64,000 bases of DNA, from contig JBHLQH010000005.1 in assembly GCA_048884965.1 (NCBI GenBank), positions 110,157 to 174,156 on the forward strand, given 5' to 3'. Below are positions 8,933 through 18,602 of the stretch, in pieces (positions within the stretch are counted from its first letter, which is position 1; every line of letters starts with the position of its first letter). The position numbers and the translations under genes are program-made. Source of the stretch: Candidatus Thorarchaeota archaeon. GTDB taxonomy: Archaea; Asgardarchaeota; Thorarchaeia; Thorarchaeales; Thorarchaeaceae. Below the pieces are notes generated by a model. It searched no databases. It had not been told where the DNA came from and saw nothing but the letters and a program-made list of their open reading frames with translations.

Positions 8933-9400
8933 ATGACGAATAGCAAGAATTCCTTTCTGAGCCGAATACAAGTAATCTTGCTACCTGTTGATGGAAGTGA
9001 GAATTCGGATCGTGCCGCTCAAGTGGCAATTGATTTTGCAAAGATGACAAGTGCCAGACTTGTCATAATGCATGTCGTCAATATTGGTATAATTGAGCAG
9101 GTCTCACGTAACTTAGGAAAGACCACCGATGAAGTGAAGCAGAAATATAGGAAGGAAGCCCAGAGTCTACTGGAGAAACATTCGTTGATGTCTAAAAACG
9201 CTGGCGTCAATGCATCTACATCCTTGGAATTTGGATTGCCTTCAGAGAAAATCCTTCAACTTGCATCAACCAGCAAAGCAGACATTATCGTCATGGGCGC
9301 GATTGGTGCTTCCCAACAAACTCGAATAGAAGTCAACATTGGTAGCTCCACAGAGCGTGTAATTCGAAGAGCTCCCTGTAGTGTGTTTGTTGTGAGATAA
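8933..9400 (+). CDS. Universal stress protein (UspA family), tandem paralog
   Basis: LLPVDGSENS, DIIVMGA, IGSSTERVIRRAPCSVFVV. Confidence 0.92.
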   Translation: MTNSKNSFLSRIQVILLPVDGSENSDRAAQVAIDFAKMTSARLVIMHVVNIGIIEQVSRNLGKTTDEVKQKYRKEAQSLLEKHSLMSKNAGVNASTSLEFGLPSEKILQLASTSKADIIVMGAIGASQQTRIEVNIGSSTERVIRRAPCSVFVVR

Positions 9401-9413
9401 AAGTGAGTTGAGC

Positions 9414-9674
9414 CTATTCATCGCTCAACTCTTGGACCATCTTGATTATGTTTCCGATCTTCAGCATCTCCATTCCAGGACTTGCGTAGGACCCAGTGAT
9501 CTCTTGAGCGAATTCCTTTGGTATTCCATATTCGACAAGGGAGCTATAGAATGCCTTTGAGCCCTTCTTGACGGTACCTCTACTTCTTCTTAGTGACAAG
9601 TAGAGCTTGGCCAACATTTTTGTACCGCTTGTGAATGATGTCCAAATGATGGACCCGATTGCTCGAGCCATCAT
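9414..9674 (-). CDS. Hypothetical protein, paralogous motif to the upstream gene
   Basis: FYSSLVEYGIPKEFAQEIT; 4-bp ATGA overlap with the upstream gene. Confidence 0.7.
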   Translation of the reverse strand: MMARAIGSIIWTSFTSGTKMLAKLYLSLRRSRGTVKKGSKAFYSSLVEYGIPKEFAQEITGSYASPGMEMLKIGNIIKMVQELSDE

Positions 9675-10099
9675 TCTTCGTTATCAAACTCCTCGTCTTC
9701 GTCCTCATCATCCCATTTGATGCTCATACGGCGACGTCCTTTCCCTTTCCTCTCAGAGTCTACCTCACTTGTAACCATTCCAATTAGTTTCTCGAAGTCA
9801 AGTGCACCAACGAATTTCTTTGTCATCTCAAGGGCAACTGGCTCTGGGATTCCTTCCTCTATCAATTTTGAATAGAACTGACCTACTGCTGTTCCCATAT
9901 TTCCAGCCGCCTCAGGACTATAGACACTGCTAATGATTCCGCTGATCATCTTTGGGATTGAATCATTGATCGCGTTAAAGAGCTCGGGTAGAGCCTTTGC
10001 GATTTCACGTAATTCCTCTGCTTCATCAGAGCCTTTGCGTCTGCGTTCTTTTCTTTCATAACTGTCATTTGGTTCATCACTCATTGGATGTATCACCAC
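9671..10099 (-). CDS. Hypothetical protein with acidic tail
   Basis: FYSKLIEEGIPEPVALEMT; start uncertain (10099 or about 10084). Confidence 0.75.
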   Translation of the reverse strand: MVIHPMSDEPNDSYERKERRRKGSDEAEELREIAKALPELFNAINDSIPKMISGIISSVYSPEAAGNMGTAVGQFYSKLIEEGIPEPVALEMTKKFVGALDFEKLIGMVTSEVDSERKGKGRRRMSIKWDDEDEDEEFDNEE

Positions 10100-10280
10100 T
10101 ATACAATATGAGTGGTCACTGAATATAGAAGATGTGGAAAAAAGTGACCAATTCTAGTGGATTTATTCGTCAACATTGATCTTTTAATTCCTATTTGCTG
10201 GATTTGGTGACCTTTCCGACATTCTAAATTTTTCTCTGCAAATACCAATAGAACGGTCTTTACCTATACCTATCATCCTT

Positions 10281-11615
10281 TTACCCAACAAACCGTGTTG
10301 CAATTTCATAATACGCTTTCATTGTCAGGTCAATTTGACCTATGGAAACCCTTTCATCATCTCCATGGAATAATGATTGGACTATCTGTAAATTGAGTAG
10401 ATCATCTGATATGGCGAAACCATATGATTGAGTACTGAATGCATCTCTAAACAATCTGGCATCTGTACCTCCTGTTGAGAGCAGAGGCACAAGAATTACA
10501 TCCTGCCCCTTGATTTCTCTAGCGACTTCCGCCATCAGACTCACAAGCGGACTATCCACATCGCTCGATGTTCCTGGGAACATATCGCCGCCATCATCTT
10601 TCGGGATGCGTTTTATCTCTGCTTCAGCTGCGAGATCACCAAGCGCTTCTCTGATTTGGCCATAGGCGTCTTCCTCACTTTGCCCTGGCAGTAGTCTGAT
10701 ATCTACGTCGATGTATGCCTCTCCCGCAACAACATTGACCTTTGATCCGCCTTTGAAGATATTTGGCGAGATGGTCATCTGGGTTAAAGCATGCAAGAAT
10801 CGTGCCATCCCCATGTTTTCCTTGCTGAGCGAACCAAGTACCTGAGGGAGAGTTCTAGTGTTACTAGCCAGTTTCTTGACGATGGGACTTAAGTCTAATT
10901 TCTCGAGTAGTGGTTTGATGAATTGCGTGCTTCTTGGTGGTTGGTATTCAGAAAGACGCTGTACTGCATTTGCAGCTTTTACTACTGCATTATTGCTCTT
11001 ATACGGCGCACTTCCATGCTGTTCCTCACCTTTGAAAGTCACCCTTGTCCATGCCATTCCTTTCTCGCCATACCAGTAGGCAATCCTGTTCAAACCAATC
11101 GGTTCCCCTCCCTGTTCAGTTATTAGATAGTCAACACGAACCTTTTCAGGATGATTTTGAATCATCCACTTTGCTCCATATGTTCCAGCAGATTCCTCAT
11201 CAGCAACAATGAGTAGTTTCAGGTTTCCTTTTGGTTTGAATCCTTCACCATAAAGTTTGGCAAAGACGACCGTCTGAGTCGCAACAAAATAGAGCATATC
11301 AAGTGATCCCCTTCCCCAAACGCACCCATCCTTCACTATACCTTCAAATGGTGGGACTGACCATTTTCTCTCATCCAATACTGGAACAACATCTACATGA
11401 GACGGTCCGAACATAAGACTAGGCTTTCCGCCTGTCCCTTTGATTTCAGCAAGTAAATTTCCTCTCTCAGGAGCTGTTTCAAATATCTCATATGGAACTC
11501 CTTTGTCGTCGAGATACTTGCCAATCGTATGGATATTCCTCATTTCTCCCCCTGGGGGGTTGATGCACTTATTTCTGATCATCTCTTGCAGGAGATGGAT
11601 TGCCTCATCAAGCAT
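10281..11615 (-). CDS. M20/M25/M40 family metallopeptidase
   Basis: SHVDVVP, WGRGSLDM, ADEE, GGTDAR, HGDDER. Confidence 0.92.
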   Translation of the reverse strand: MLDEAIHLLQEMIRNKCINPPGGEMRNIHTIGKYLDDKGVPYEIFETAPERGNLLAEIKGTGGKPSLMFGPSHVDVVPVLDERKWSVPPFEGIVKDGCVWGRGSLDMLYFVATQTVVFAKLYGEGFKPKGNLKLLIVADEESAGTYGAKWMIQNHPEKVRVDYLITEQGGEPIGLNRIAYWYGEKGMAWTRVTFKGEEQHGSAPYKSNNAVVKAANAVQRLSEYQPPRSTQFIKPLLEKLDLSPIVKKLASNTRTLPQVLGSLSKENMGMARFLHALTQMTISPNIFKGGSKVNVVAGEAYIDVDIRLLPGQSEEDAYGQIREALGDLAAEAEIKRIPKDDGGDMFPGTSSDVDSPLVSLMAEVAREIKGQDVILVPLLSTGGTDARLFRDAFSTQSYGFAISDDLLNLQIVQSLFHGDDERVSIGQIDLTMKAYYEIATRFVG

Positions 11616-11712
11616 TCAGATCACTAATTATGGGGCGGACTTCAAACTAAAAAATACATTGACCCCAAGACATCTCGTACTCCTTAAGTATCGGTTTGGG
11701 ACCTGTAGATGC

Positions 11713-12972
11713 ATGTTCGACGAGGTGGAGTCAAAATACTCAGTGTGGCGAGATTACTACTTTGGAATACAAGGCGTGTTCTACTTCGCTCAAGGCATTG
11801 CCATGGGCGCGCTTTTCTTCTTGACTGCCTTCTTAGATTATCTTACTCTCTCTCCTTTTGAGAGGATTGCTGTGCAAGCGATAATCTGGCTACCTTGGTA
11901 TCTGAAAATTATTTTTGGAGTTCTTTCTGACAACTTTCCAGTTAGGAAATATGGACGTAGAAAACCCTACATCTTCACTGCTGGCATTGTGGGTGTTATT
12001 GGCTGGCTAACATTACCTCTACATCTTGCATTTGGTCCCTTGCTTCTGGTTTCAGGAATCCTTGCATCACTTGGAACAAGTATGAGTGATGCCACGATAG
12101 ATGCTTTGGCTGTTGATATCACTCCTCCCCAGAAAAGAGGAATGATGCAAGGGGTGTCTTGGGGGTCAAGAGGGATTGGTGTTGGTATTTCTGGACTAAT
12201 TGTGGGAGTACTTGCCGATGCCAATCAATGGTTCATCATCTATGCCGTTCCAGGAATCATAGTTAGTCTTGCGTGCTTCCTTGTTCTTCTGTTCAAGGAG
12301 AACCCCTTACCTACTGACTTCAAGAGGGTTCCAGTGGCCGTCTACGAAGGTGTTCTGAAGACTCGCGAAGTCTTAGTCTGTATGCTGTTCCAAATCCTGT
12401 CAGGAGCAGGGATTGCTATTCTGGCTATCATGCAGACATATCTAGATGAGTCTGTAGGATTCGATAACTCAACGATTGGAGTCATCTTTGTGATCTTCTC
12501 ACTAGGAATGTTCGGAGGGGCTGTCGTCTTTGGCCTTCTTGGCGATAAGGTATCTGTTCGTATGACATTGCCCATCACATCAGCTTTCTATGCAATCTTA
12601 GTGGTTTCCGTCCTCTTGCTCAACTTAGGGGATTTTGCTGTGGCTTCTGCTTTCTTCCTTCTTGTTGGTATAGCAAATGGTGGTTATGAAGCCACTCAGA
12701 TGCGAATCAGCATGGACAACTCACCAAGCATTGTTGCTGGATCAATGTATAATCTATACAACAGCCTATCCAACTTGGGTCAGACTGCTCTTGGTGCGAT
12801 ATTGATTGCAGCTGTTGTCACAGCATTGGGTGACTTTAGATTGGGATGGCAATTAGCTGTTATCTTCCTAGTGGTTGCACTTTTGCCTGGCTATCAATTG
12901 GCAAAATGGCGAGAACAAAGAGAAGTATCTGGAGAACAGGCCCCTGTCATCATAGATGGCGAGTCGTTATAA
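11713..12972 (+). CDS. MFS transporter (BT1/AmpG-like)
   Basis: PWYLKIIFGVLSD, YGRRKPY, DATIDALAVD, GLLGDK; about 12 TM; start taken at ATG 11713. Confidence 0.85.
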   Translation: MFDEVESKYSVWRDYYFGIQGVFYFAQGIAMGALFFLTAFLDYLTLSPFERIAVQAIIWLPWYLKIIFGVLSDNFPVRKYGRRKPYIFTAGIVGVIGWLTLPLHLAFGPLLLVSGILASLGTSMSDATIDALAVDITPPQKRGMMQGVSWGSRGIGVGISGLIVGVLADANQWFIIYAVPGIIVSLACFLVLLFKENPLPTDFKRVPVAVYEGVLKTREVLVCMLFQILSGAGIAILAIMQTYLDESVGFDNSTIGVIFVIFSLGMFGGAVVFGLLGDKVSVRMTLPITSAFYAILVVSVLLLNLGDFAVASAFFLLVGIANGGYEATQMRISMDNSPSIVAGSMYNLYNSLSNLGQTALGAILIAAVVTALGDFRLGWQLAVIFLVVALLPGYQLAKWREQREVSGEQAPVIIDGESL

Positions 12973-13215
12973 TTTCGGTGCAGTCCGGAGTCTGGTGGAT
13001 TTCACCAGACTCTTTTCTGCTATTTCGCGGGAGTTTTGAGAACATATGACTGCCAGGACTCCTGCTACCAAGAGTCCCATAGCAGCTGGTACGAGGAGAA
13101 CAGAGAGGTAGAATGAGAATGCTAAAGCCGCCGATCCATAAATTATCTTTCTGGAGGTTAACTGTCTACGGGGACCGGCGGTTTGTGGTGGCGCTTGTCG
13201 ATTCATCACGACCAA
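12967..13215 (-). CDS. Small membrane protein
   Basis: 82-aa ORF with a long hydrophobic hairpin, filling the intergenic gap. Confidence 0.55.
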   Translation of the reverse strand: MVVMNRQAPPQTAGPRRQLTSRKIIYGSAALAFSFYLSVLLVPAAMGLLVAGVLAVICSQNSREIAEKSLVKSTRLRTAPKL

Positions 13216-13227
13216 CTCGAATGAAAG

Positions 13228-13269
13228 TCAAACGTTTGATGTTTGACAAACATTGTATGGCATCAAACG
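13228..13269. promoter_or_regulatory. Cluster of CAAAC/GTTTG palindromes (operator-like)
   Basis: tcaaacgtttga (13228-39), atgtttg-a-caaacat (13239-53), catcaaacg (13261-69). Confidence 0.5.
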
Positions 13270-13343
13270 CATATAAACATTACTAAGAACGCTTTCTATT
13301 CGACCCTCTGAAAAAATAGATAATCCCAAAAGAAAAGATTGAA

Positions 13344-13814
13344 TCATTTGGTCAGTGTAAAGAACCTAGCTCTTTCATCCTCGTCCTCGATGACGTTCAG
13401 TATGCCTCTTTCAAGAAGTGCGTTGACTCGCTCTCGAACAATTCGTCGAGAGGCTGTTCCTCTTTCAGACCTAACCGCCGCTGTCAACTGGCTGATATTC
13501 AAAGGTCGATTTGCATCTAAGATCCTAATAATGAGCCAGGATATTTGATCCTTCTTCAGGTCTCCATATCTAGATTCCAGACGCTCTGCTTTAGTGAATT
13601 TGGACATGAGCTTGACCATCCCGTCATAGAACTCAAATCCCTCTCGAATCACTTTGGCAGATTCGCTGACCTCTTCAAGACCTGGGCCAATTCTCTCGAT
13701 GAGCGATTCCACTCGTGCTAATCTTTTGGAAATCTCATCTAGGCGACTCTGAACCTCTTCTATAGTGAGTTCGGATTTGGTTGGATCATCACTAGTATTC
13801 GAACTCGGATTCAA
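13344..13814 (-). CDS. Coiled-coil + winged-HTH DNA-binding protein
   Basis: N-terminal heptads; IIRIL...LNISQLT...SRRIVRERVNALLERGIL wHTH pattern. Confidence 0.75.
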   Translation of the reverse strand: MNPSSNTSDDPTKSELTIEEVQSRLDEISKRLARVESLIERIGPGLEEVSESAKVIREGFEFYDGMVKLMSKFTKAERLESRYGDLKKDQISWLIIRILDANRPLNISQLTAAVRSERGTASRRIVRERVNALLERGILNVIEDEDERARFFTLTK

Positions 13815-13929
13815 TGTAAATTCGCCATCACTGAATAACTTCGAACCATGATAAATGTGATTACGTCAGCCATGTGCTACGCCAAAGGATTTTATCGGGG
13901 TGTTGTATCCCTTTTGATGAGGTAGCAGT

Positions 13930-15336
13930 TTGAGCTCGAGTGAGTCAGATGAATCCCAAAAGGAAGTAGTCATCCCAATCAAGGATATCTTCCACTTCTC
14001 CCACTTTGGGCACTTCTACAAGCTCTATGTACCAATCGCTATTCTGATTGGAGCGATTGCAGGAGTAGCTATGATTGCCTTTCAGCTACTAATAATCGGA
14101 TTCACCGAAATCTTTAGCGTCTTGCCTAATTTCGTTGCACCTCTTATAGGCGGCATCTTTTCAGGTATTCTAATCTACTTCGGAAGGAAGGAGATTCAGG
14201 GAAGTGGAATCTCAAAAGCAATTGAGATGACCCACAATCCTGGCAAGTTCAAGAGCAAGACTGCTGTTACAAAATTGGTTGCCACATCTGTTTCCATTGG
14301 GTCTGGAAATCCTGTCGGACGAGAGGGACCTGCAGTTCTTATCGGTGCATCAATTGGAAATTCAGTTGGGCGACGACTCGGATTTAGTGAGGCTTCTCAT
14401 CTTCGAGTTTTCCTGATGATGGGGTCCGCAGCAGCGACTGCTGGTATCTACAAGGCTCCACTTGGTGGAGCTCTCTTCGCAACTGAAGCTCCGTATCGAA
14501 GAGATGCAGCCTTAGGATACTTTGTGCCAATCGTTATTTCTGCAATAACTTCGTATGTGGTGTATGCAGTAGTAATGGGCATAGATCCAATCCTTCAATT
14601 CACTGCAAGCTTCGACTTGACACTAGGGGTTTTGCCCCTTCTCATAGTCTTCGCTTTTGTAGCGGGATTGATCTCAACTTTCTTCTCCATCTTCTTAATC
14701 GCAACTCGTAATTTCTTCACACTAAAGCTTCCTGACTGGATGGATCCTGTAGCTGGATCCGCCCTTGCATGTGGCGTGATTTTTCTTACAGGGCTAATAT
14801 TGGACCCATCGCTCACAGTTGCTGGGATGGGCTATGAGGTCATAAACAACTTGGCAAACTCCTCAGTTCCCATTCTGATTCTCATTGTCCTTCTATTCGG
14901 TAAGCTCTTTGCATCATCATTTGTCGTTGCTGGTCGCGTATCTGGTGGTGTGCTTGCATCCTCTCTATTCGTTGGTGCGATGCTTGGAGCTGTATTTGGG
15001 GAGGTCTTCTATCCTTCACATATTGGCGCATTCATTGTGATGGGTATGGGCGCTGTTCTAGCGGCAAATACAAACACTCCAGTTGCAACTACTATTATGA
15101 TGCTAGAGATGAGTCATTCCTTGGATTTGATCATCCCTCTTGTTCTTTGTGTATCTATTGCCTACCTAGTAAGTGGTGGAACCTCTCTCTATGAAGGTCA
15201 GAAAATAAGTCGAGATGATGAGGAAGAAGGTTTCTTCAAGCTCGCTGAATCTCTACCAACTTCTGATACAAAACTAGAGCTCATCAGTCATGATGAAAAT
15301 CCCGCAAATTCATCTACCTCCGAGGAATTGGAATAG
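13930..15336 (+). CDS. ClC family chloride channel/antiporter without CBS domains
   Basis: GSGIS, GREGP, APLGGALFATE, SLYEGQ. Confidence 0.92.
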   Translation: MSSSESDESQKEVVIPIKDIFHFSHFGHFYKLYVPIAILIGAIAGVAMIAFQLLIIGFTEIFSVLPNFVAPLIGGIFSGILIYFGRKEIQGSGISKAIEMTHNPGKFKSKTAVTKLVATSVSIGSGNPVGREGPAVLIGASIGNSVGRRLGFSEASHLRVFLMMGSAAATAGIYKAPLGGALFATEAPYRRDAALGYFVPIVISAITSYVVYAVVMGIDPILQFTASFDLTLGVLPLLIVFAFVAGLISTFFSIFLIATRNFFTLKLPDWMDPVAGSALACGVIFLTGLILDPSLTVAGMGYEVINNLANSSVPILILIVLLFGKLFASSFVVAGRVSGGVLASSLFVGAMLGAVFGEVFYPSHIGAFIVMGMGAVLAANTNTPVATTIMMLEMSHSLDLIIPLVLCVSIAYLVSGGTSLYEGQKISRDDEEEGFFKLAESLPTSDTKLELISHDENPANSSTSEELE

Positions 15337-15428
15337 CTGAATGAAACGCAGTTAAATTAATCAGTTATCGAATCATATGTGTACTCGATTAGCCCCAGAA
15401 CCTAATCAGTCGCCGCGAGGTTTAGGAG

Positions 15429-18107
15429 ATGCAATTGAGAAAGAAGATGCTAAGCAGCCTAATTATTTTCATCCTTACCATACCATTGATTCCCTTCTTT
15501 GTTTCTGAATACAAAGAGGCAGAATCCCCCCTTACAAATGATGGCAATTCTATTGATTTCGTTTCACTAGAACAGGAATACGGATTAAGTATTCCGCTAG
15601 TCGTATGTTTCAATGACGATTTATCTGATGACATAATTAGAGCGAACTTACAGGCTATCGGAATTACATACAGCTTTGGTGATTTGGAAAGCAGCCAAAT
15701 AGGACCCTATCATCTACTTCGAGGTTCAAAAGAATCCTATTCGACTATGATTGAGGTTCTTGATATCTCCTACATCGCTCCACAGACTTCATGTAGATAC
15801 ACAGAATCAACTCGGGATACATCCATTCCTGAGATTAATGCGACTCTAGTCTGGCAGACGGTTGACGAGCTTGATAGAAATGTCACAGGACGTGATATTC
15901 TCATCGCTGATTTGGACACTGGTATTGACTGGACACATCCTGATTTCTGGTTCGCCAACGGTTCTGCATATAATTGGGGAGAATCTGTTTCTGATGGAAC
16001 TCCAAGTAATGGAAGCGACTTCATAGATCTAAACGATAGTGGAACCGGTAGCGCCAATGAAACATTGCGATTTATCGATTTAGCCGATGACGGATACTTC
16101 AATGTCTCAACCGATTGGATTTGGGCTGAAAACCTTACTCAAGATGGAATTCCGAATATTGGTGAGCCTTTCTTTGTTGTAGAAGACACAAATGGAAATG
16201 ACCTGCTTGACTTGGGTGAACAGCTCATCATGCTTAATATGCCAAAGACCCGATATATCGTTGAGGCTGATGGAACACCATCACGAAACGTCCGCTCTTG
16301 GGTCAGAGGTGTAAATCTTACAAGTAGTACTCATGAGGACACTGATGGACATGGCACCTCAGTGAGTGGCATCCTTCTCGGTGGCCAAATAGGGTATAGA
16401 AAGTACGTCGGTGTTGCACCCGATGCTGAACTGATGATGGTGAAAGTCCTTGGAGCAAGTAATGAATGGCTTACCATCGAGGAGGGTTTAGCTTGGGCTT
16501 ATAATCATGGAGCTGATGTAATTCTCATTGAGGTCGGATCCTGGACCTACCAATATCTTGATGGTAGCTCTGCTACTGAATCTTTTATCGATACGATTGT
16601 TTCGAATGGCGTTCCTGTCATCGCTCCAAGTGGAAATCTTGGTGGAATGAATAAGCACGCATTGTTTGAGGTTCCTGCTGATAACCCTCATCAGGTTGAT
16701 TTCCATGTCCCTTCTGATGACCCGCATATTGAGGATGTCTATATCACTGTACTTTCCGTTAATACTACAGATTTTGACGCCTGTAATTTCAGTGTTATCA
16801 TAAACTTTGCCGCATGGGGCGGACCTCTTGTTACGATATATTTGCATCCAGGTTCAGGATATCAAAACTTCAATCCAGAATCTCCGATTGTCTTTGGTCC
16901 AAACATACTGAATGTTGAGTCGTTCACCTCAATATCATCAAGATCCACTAGTATGCTGGGTATCCACATCTCTGCTACGACAGCAGCTGGTATTCCTAAT
17001 ACAGATCCGCCGAATGGACCTCCCTATCATCAGGTCAATGTTACAGCTCCGCAACAAACGACTTTCCACTGCTACATATCAGATGATCAGAGCTCATGGA
17101 GTGGTGGTGCGGTATGGATGACAGACATCTCTGATGGCTATGAAATAACTTGGCCATCTACAGCGGACTCTGCAATTAGTGTCGCATCATATCGAGTAAG
17201 GAATCTAGTTGCAGCAGAAACAATTGGTGATATAGCCAGTTTCTCTTCGAGAGGTCCTCGAATCGATGAGGTGCTAAAACAAGGAGTCGCAGCTCCTGGT
17301 GGTTATGACATCATTACCGCGTATTCGAATGCGTCTGAATGGTTCTCATGGTACAACGCATTTGGAGTGCTTGATTTCACAGGACGATTTGCGTCATATC
17401 AGTTGTTTAGTGGGACAAGTGCATCAGGACCGCATGTTGCAGGATGTGCTGCGTTAATGATGCAAGTAAATTCAACTTGTGGCTCAGTTGTTGGAGACGT
17501 TATCGAAGCCACTGCCCTATCTGATATCTACACATCAGCGACTCCCAATCCAATTTGGGGCTATGGAAAATTGGATGTCTACGGGGCCGTAGAAGCTGTG
17601 AATCCTGTTGTAGAGTCCAACGGTCCTGCGATTGGTGTTCCAGACACCTCGCTACCTCTAACAGGCACTCCTGTTGAGATCAACGTTACTGTTTCAGACC
17701 CTAGTGGAGTGAGTTCGGTTATCTTGCAATACTATAATGGAACTTCTTGGAACAATATCTCCATGACTTTTGAGAACGGACACTATACCGCGATCATTCC
17801 GGGTCTTCCGGCAGGAACGGTTGTATCCTACAGGGTAATTGCAAATGATACACTGGGAAATATCGCGGTCAGCCCCTCCTATCTCTACACGGTGCAGGAT
17901 CCAAGCACCACTACAACCACAACTGAAACTACAACGACCGGAACTACAACTGGAACAACCACAGGCACCACGGATACTACGACAGTAACCACTTCACCTA
18001 CAACGACGCCGATCTCTCCGAATTATCTCAACCTTGCAATAATGCTAGGGATTGTACTAGCGATTGTTGTTTTAGGTTGCATCGTGTCTAGGAGGCGACA
18101 ACGATAG
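15429..18107 (+). CDS. Membrane-anchored S8 subtilase
   Basis: DLDTG, HGT, GTSAS triad; signal peptide; Thr-rich linker, TM and RRRQR. Confidence 0.92.
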   Translation: MQLRKKMLSSLIIFILTIPLIPFFVSEYKEAESPLTNDGNSIDFVSLEQEYGLSIPLVVCFNDDLSDDIIRANLQAIGITYSFGDLESSQIGPYHLLRGSKESYSTMIEVLDISYIAPQTSCRYTESTRDTSIPEINATLVWQTVDELDRNVTGRDILIADLDTGIDWTHPDFWFANGSAYNWGESVSDGTPSNGSDFIDLNDSGTGSANETLRFIDLADDGYFNVSTDWIWAENLTQDGIPNIGEPFFVVEDTNGNDLLDLGEQLIMLNMPKTRYIVEADGTPSRNVRSWVRGVNLTSSTHEDTDGHGTSVSGILLGGQIGYRKYVGVAPDAELMMVKVLGASNEWLTIEEGLAWAYNHGADVILIEVGSWTYQYLDGSSATESFIDTIVSNGVPVIAPSGNLGGMNKHALFEVPADNPHQVDFHVPSDDPHIEDVYITVLSVNTTDFDACNFSVIINFAAWGGPLVTIYLHPGSGYQNFNPESPIVFGPNILNVESFTSISSRSTSMLGIHISATTAAGIPNTDPPNGPPYHQVNVTAPQQTTFHCYISDDQSSWSGGAVWMTDISDGYEITWPSTADSAISVASYRVRNLVAAETIGDIASFSSRGPRIDEVLKQGVAAPGGYDIITAYSNASEWFSWYNAFGVLDFTGRFASYQLFSGTSASGPHVAGCAALMMQVNSTCGSVVGDVIEATALSDIYTSATPNPIWGYGKLDVYGAVEAVNPVVESNGPAIGVPDTSLPLTGTPVEINVTVSDPSGVSSVILQYYNGTSWNNISMTFENGHYTAIIPGLPAGTVVSYRVIANDTLGNIAVSPSYLYTVQDPSTTTTTTETTTTGTTTGTTTGTTDTTTVTTSPTTTPISPNYLNLAIMLGIVLAIVVLGCIVSRRRQR

Positions 18108-18211
18108 CATCATGAGATAGATTTTTCCGTAAATGAACGCTGTATGGGATGGTCTTATATGTACTTGACTTTCTTGCGAATAGCAATCATCAGAATCGGA
18201 AGGTATCGTCC

Positions 18212-18559
18212 ATGAAGAAACTCGGGGAGTTTGAACTTCAATTTAAAGAGGAAGGGACCCAGAAGACGATGCCTGTTGAAGTATTAGTTGATAGAGAGAA
18301 CACAATCGTTGTGCTCGATTGTAATTGCTGTCAGAATACATTATCCAGTAGACTCCCTGGTGGTGTCTTGATACCTATAGCTTCTACGCTGAAAATCTTC
18401 TTTGAGAATCATGGAATGAGGAATTTGGGTGTTCGTGTATCAGGAACCATAATGCGAAGGACATACAAGGGTCTCGCTGATGAAACCATCATTCCTGATA
18501 TGAAGAGGGAGCTTGAAACAAGCGTTTCTGCATTTTCAAAACGAAGAAAGAAGAAGTAG
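18212..18559 (+). CDS. Hypothetical protein (CNCC motif, basic C-terminus)
   Basis: ORF from ATG 18212 with GGAAGGT upstream; open from 18149. Confidence 0.7.
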   Translation: MKKLGEFELQFKEEGTQKTMPVEVLVDRENTIVVLDCNCCQNTLSSRLPGGVLIPIASTLKIFFENHGMRNLGVRVSGTIMRRTYKGLADETIIPDMKRELETSVSAFSKRRKKK

Positions 18560-18580
18560 AGGAAAAACTCCCCCTACTTC
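18553..18580. terminator. Hairpin between convergent genes
   Basis: gaagtag...ctacttc stem. Confidence 0.4.
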
Positions 18581-18602
18581 AATGATTTAAAGACTCTAAG
18601 TC

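Noticed and set aside
11440-11712. Long overlaps implied by ORF-track starts (11440, 21181, 28966, 55515, 57364)
   Set aside because: These come from choosing the most upstream start codon; downstream starts remove the overlaps.
17905-18010. ACN-rich low-complexity DNA as a repeat element
   Set aside because: It encodes the ordinary Thr-rich linker of a surface protein.
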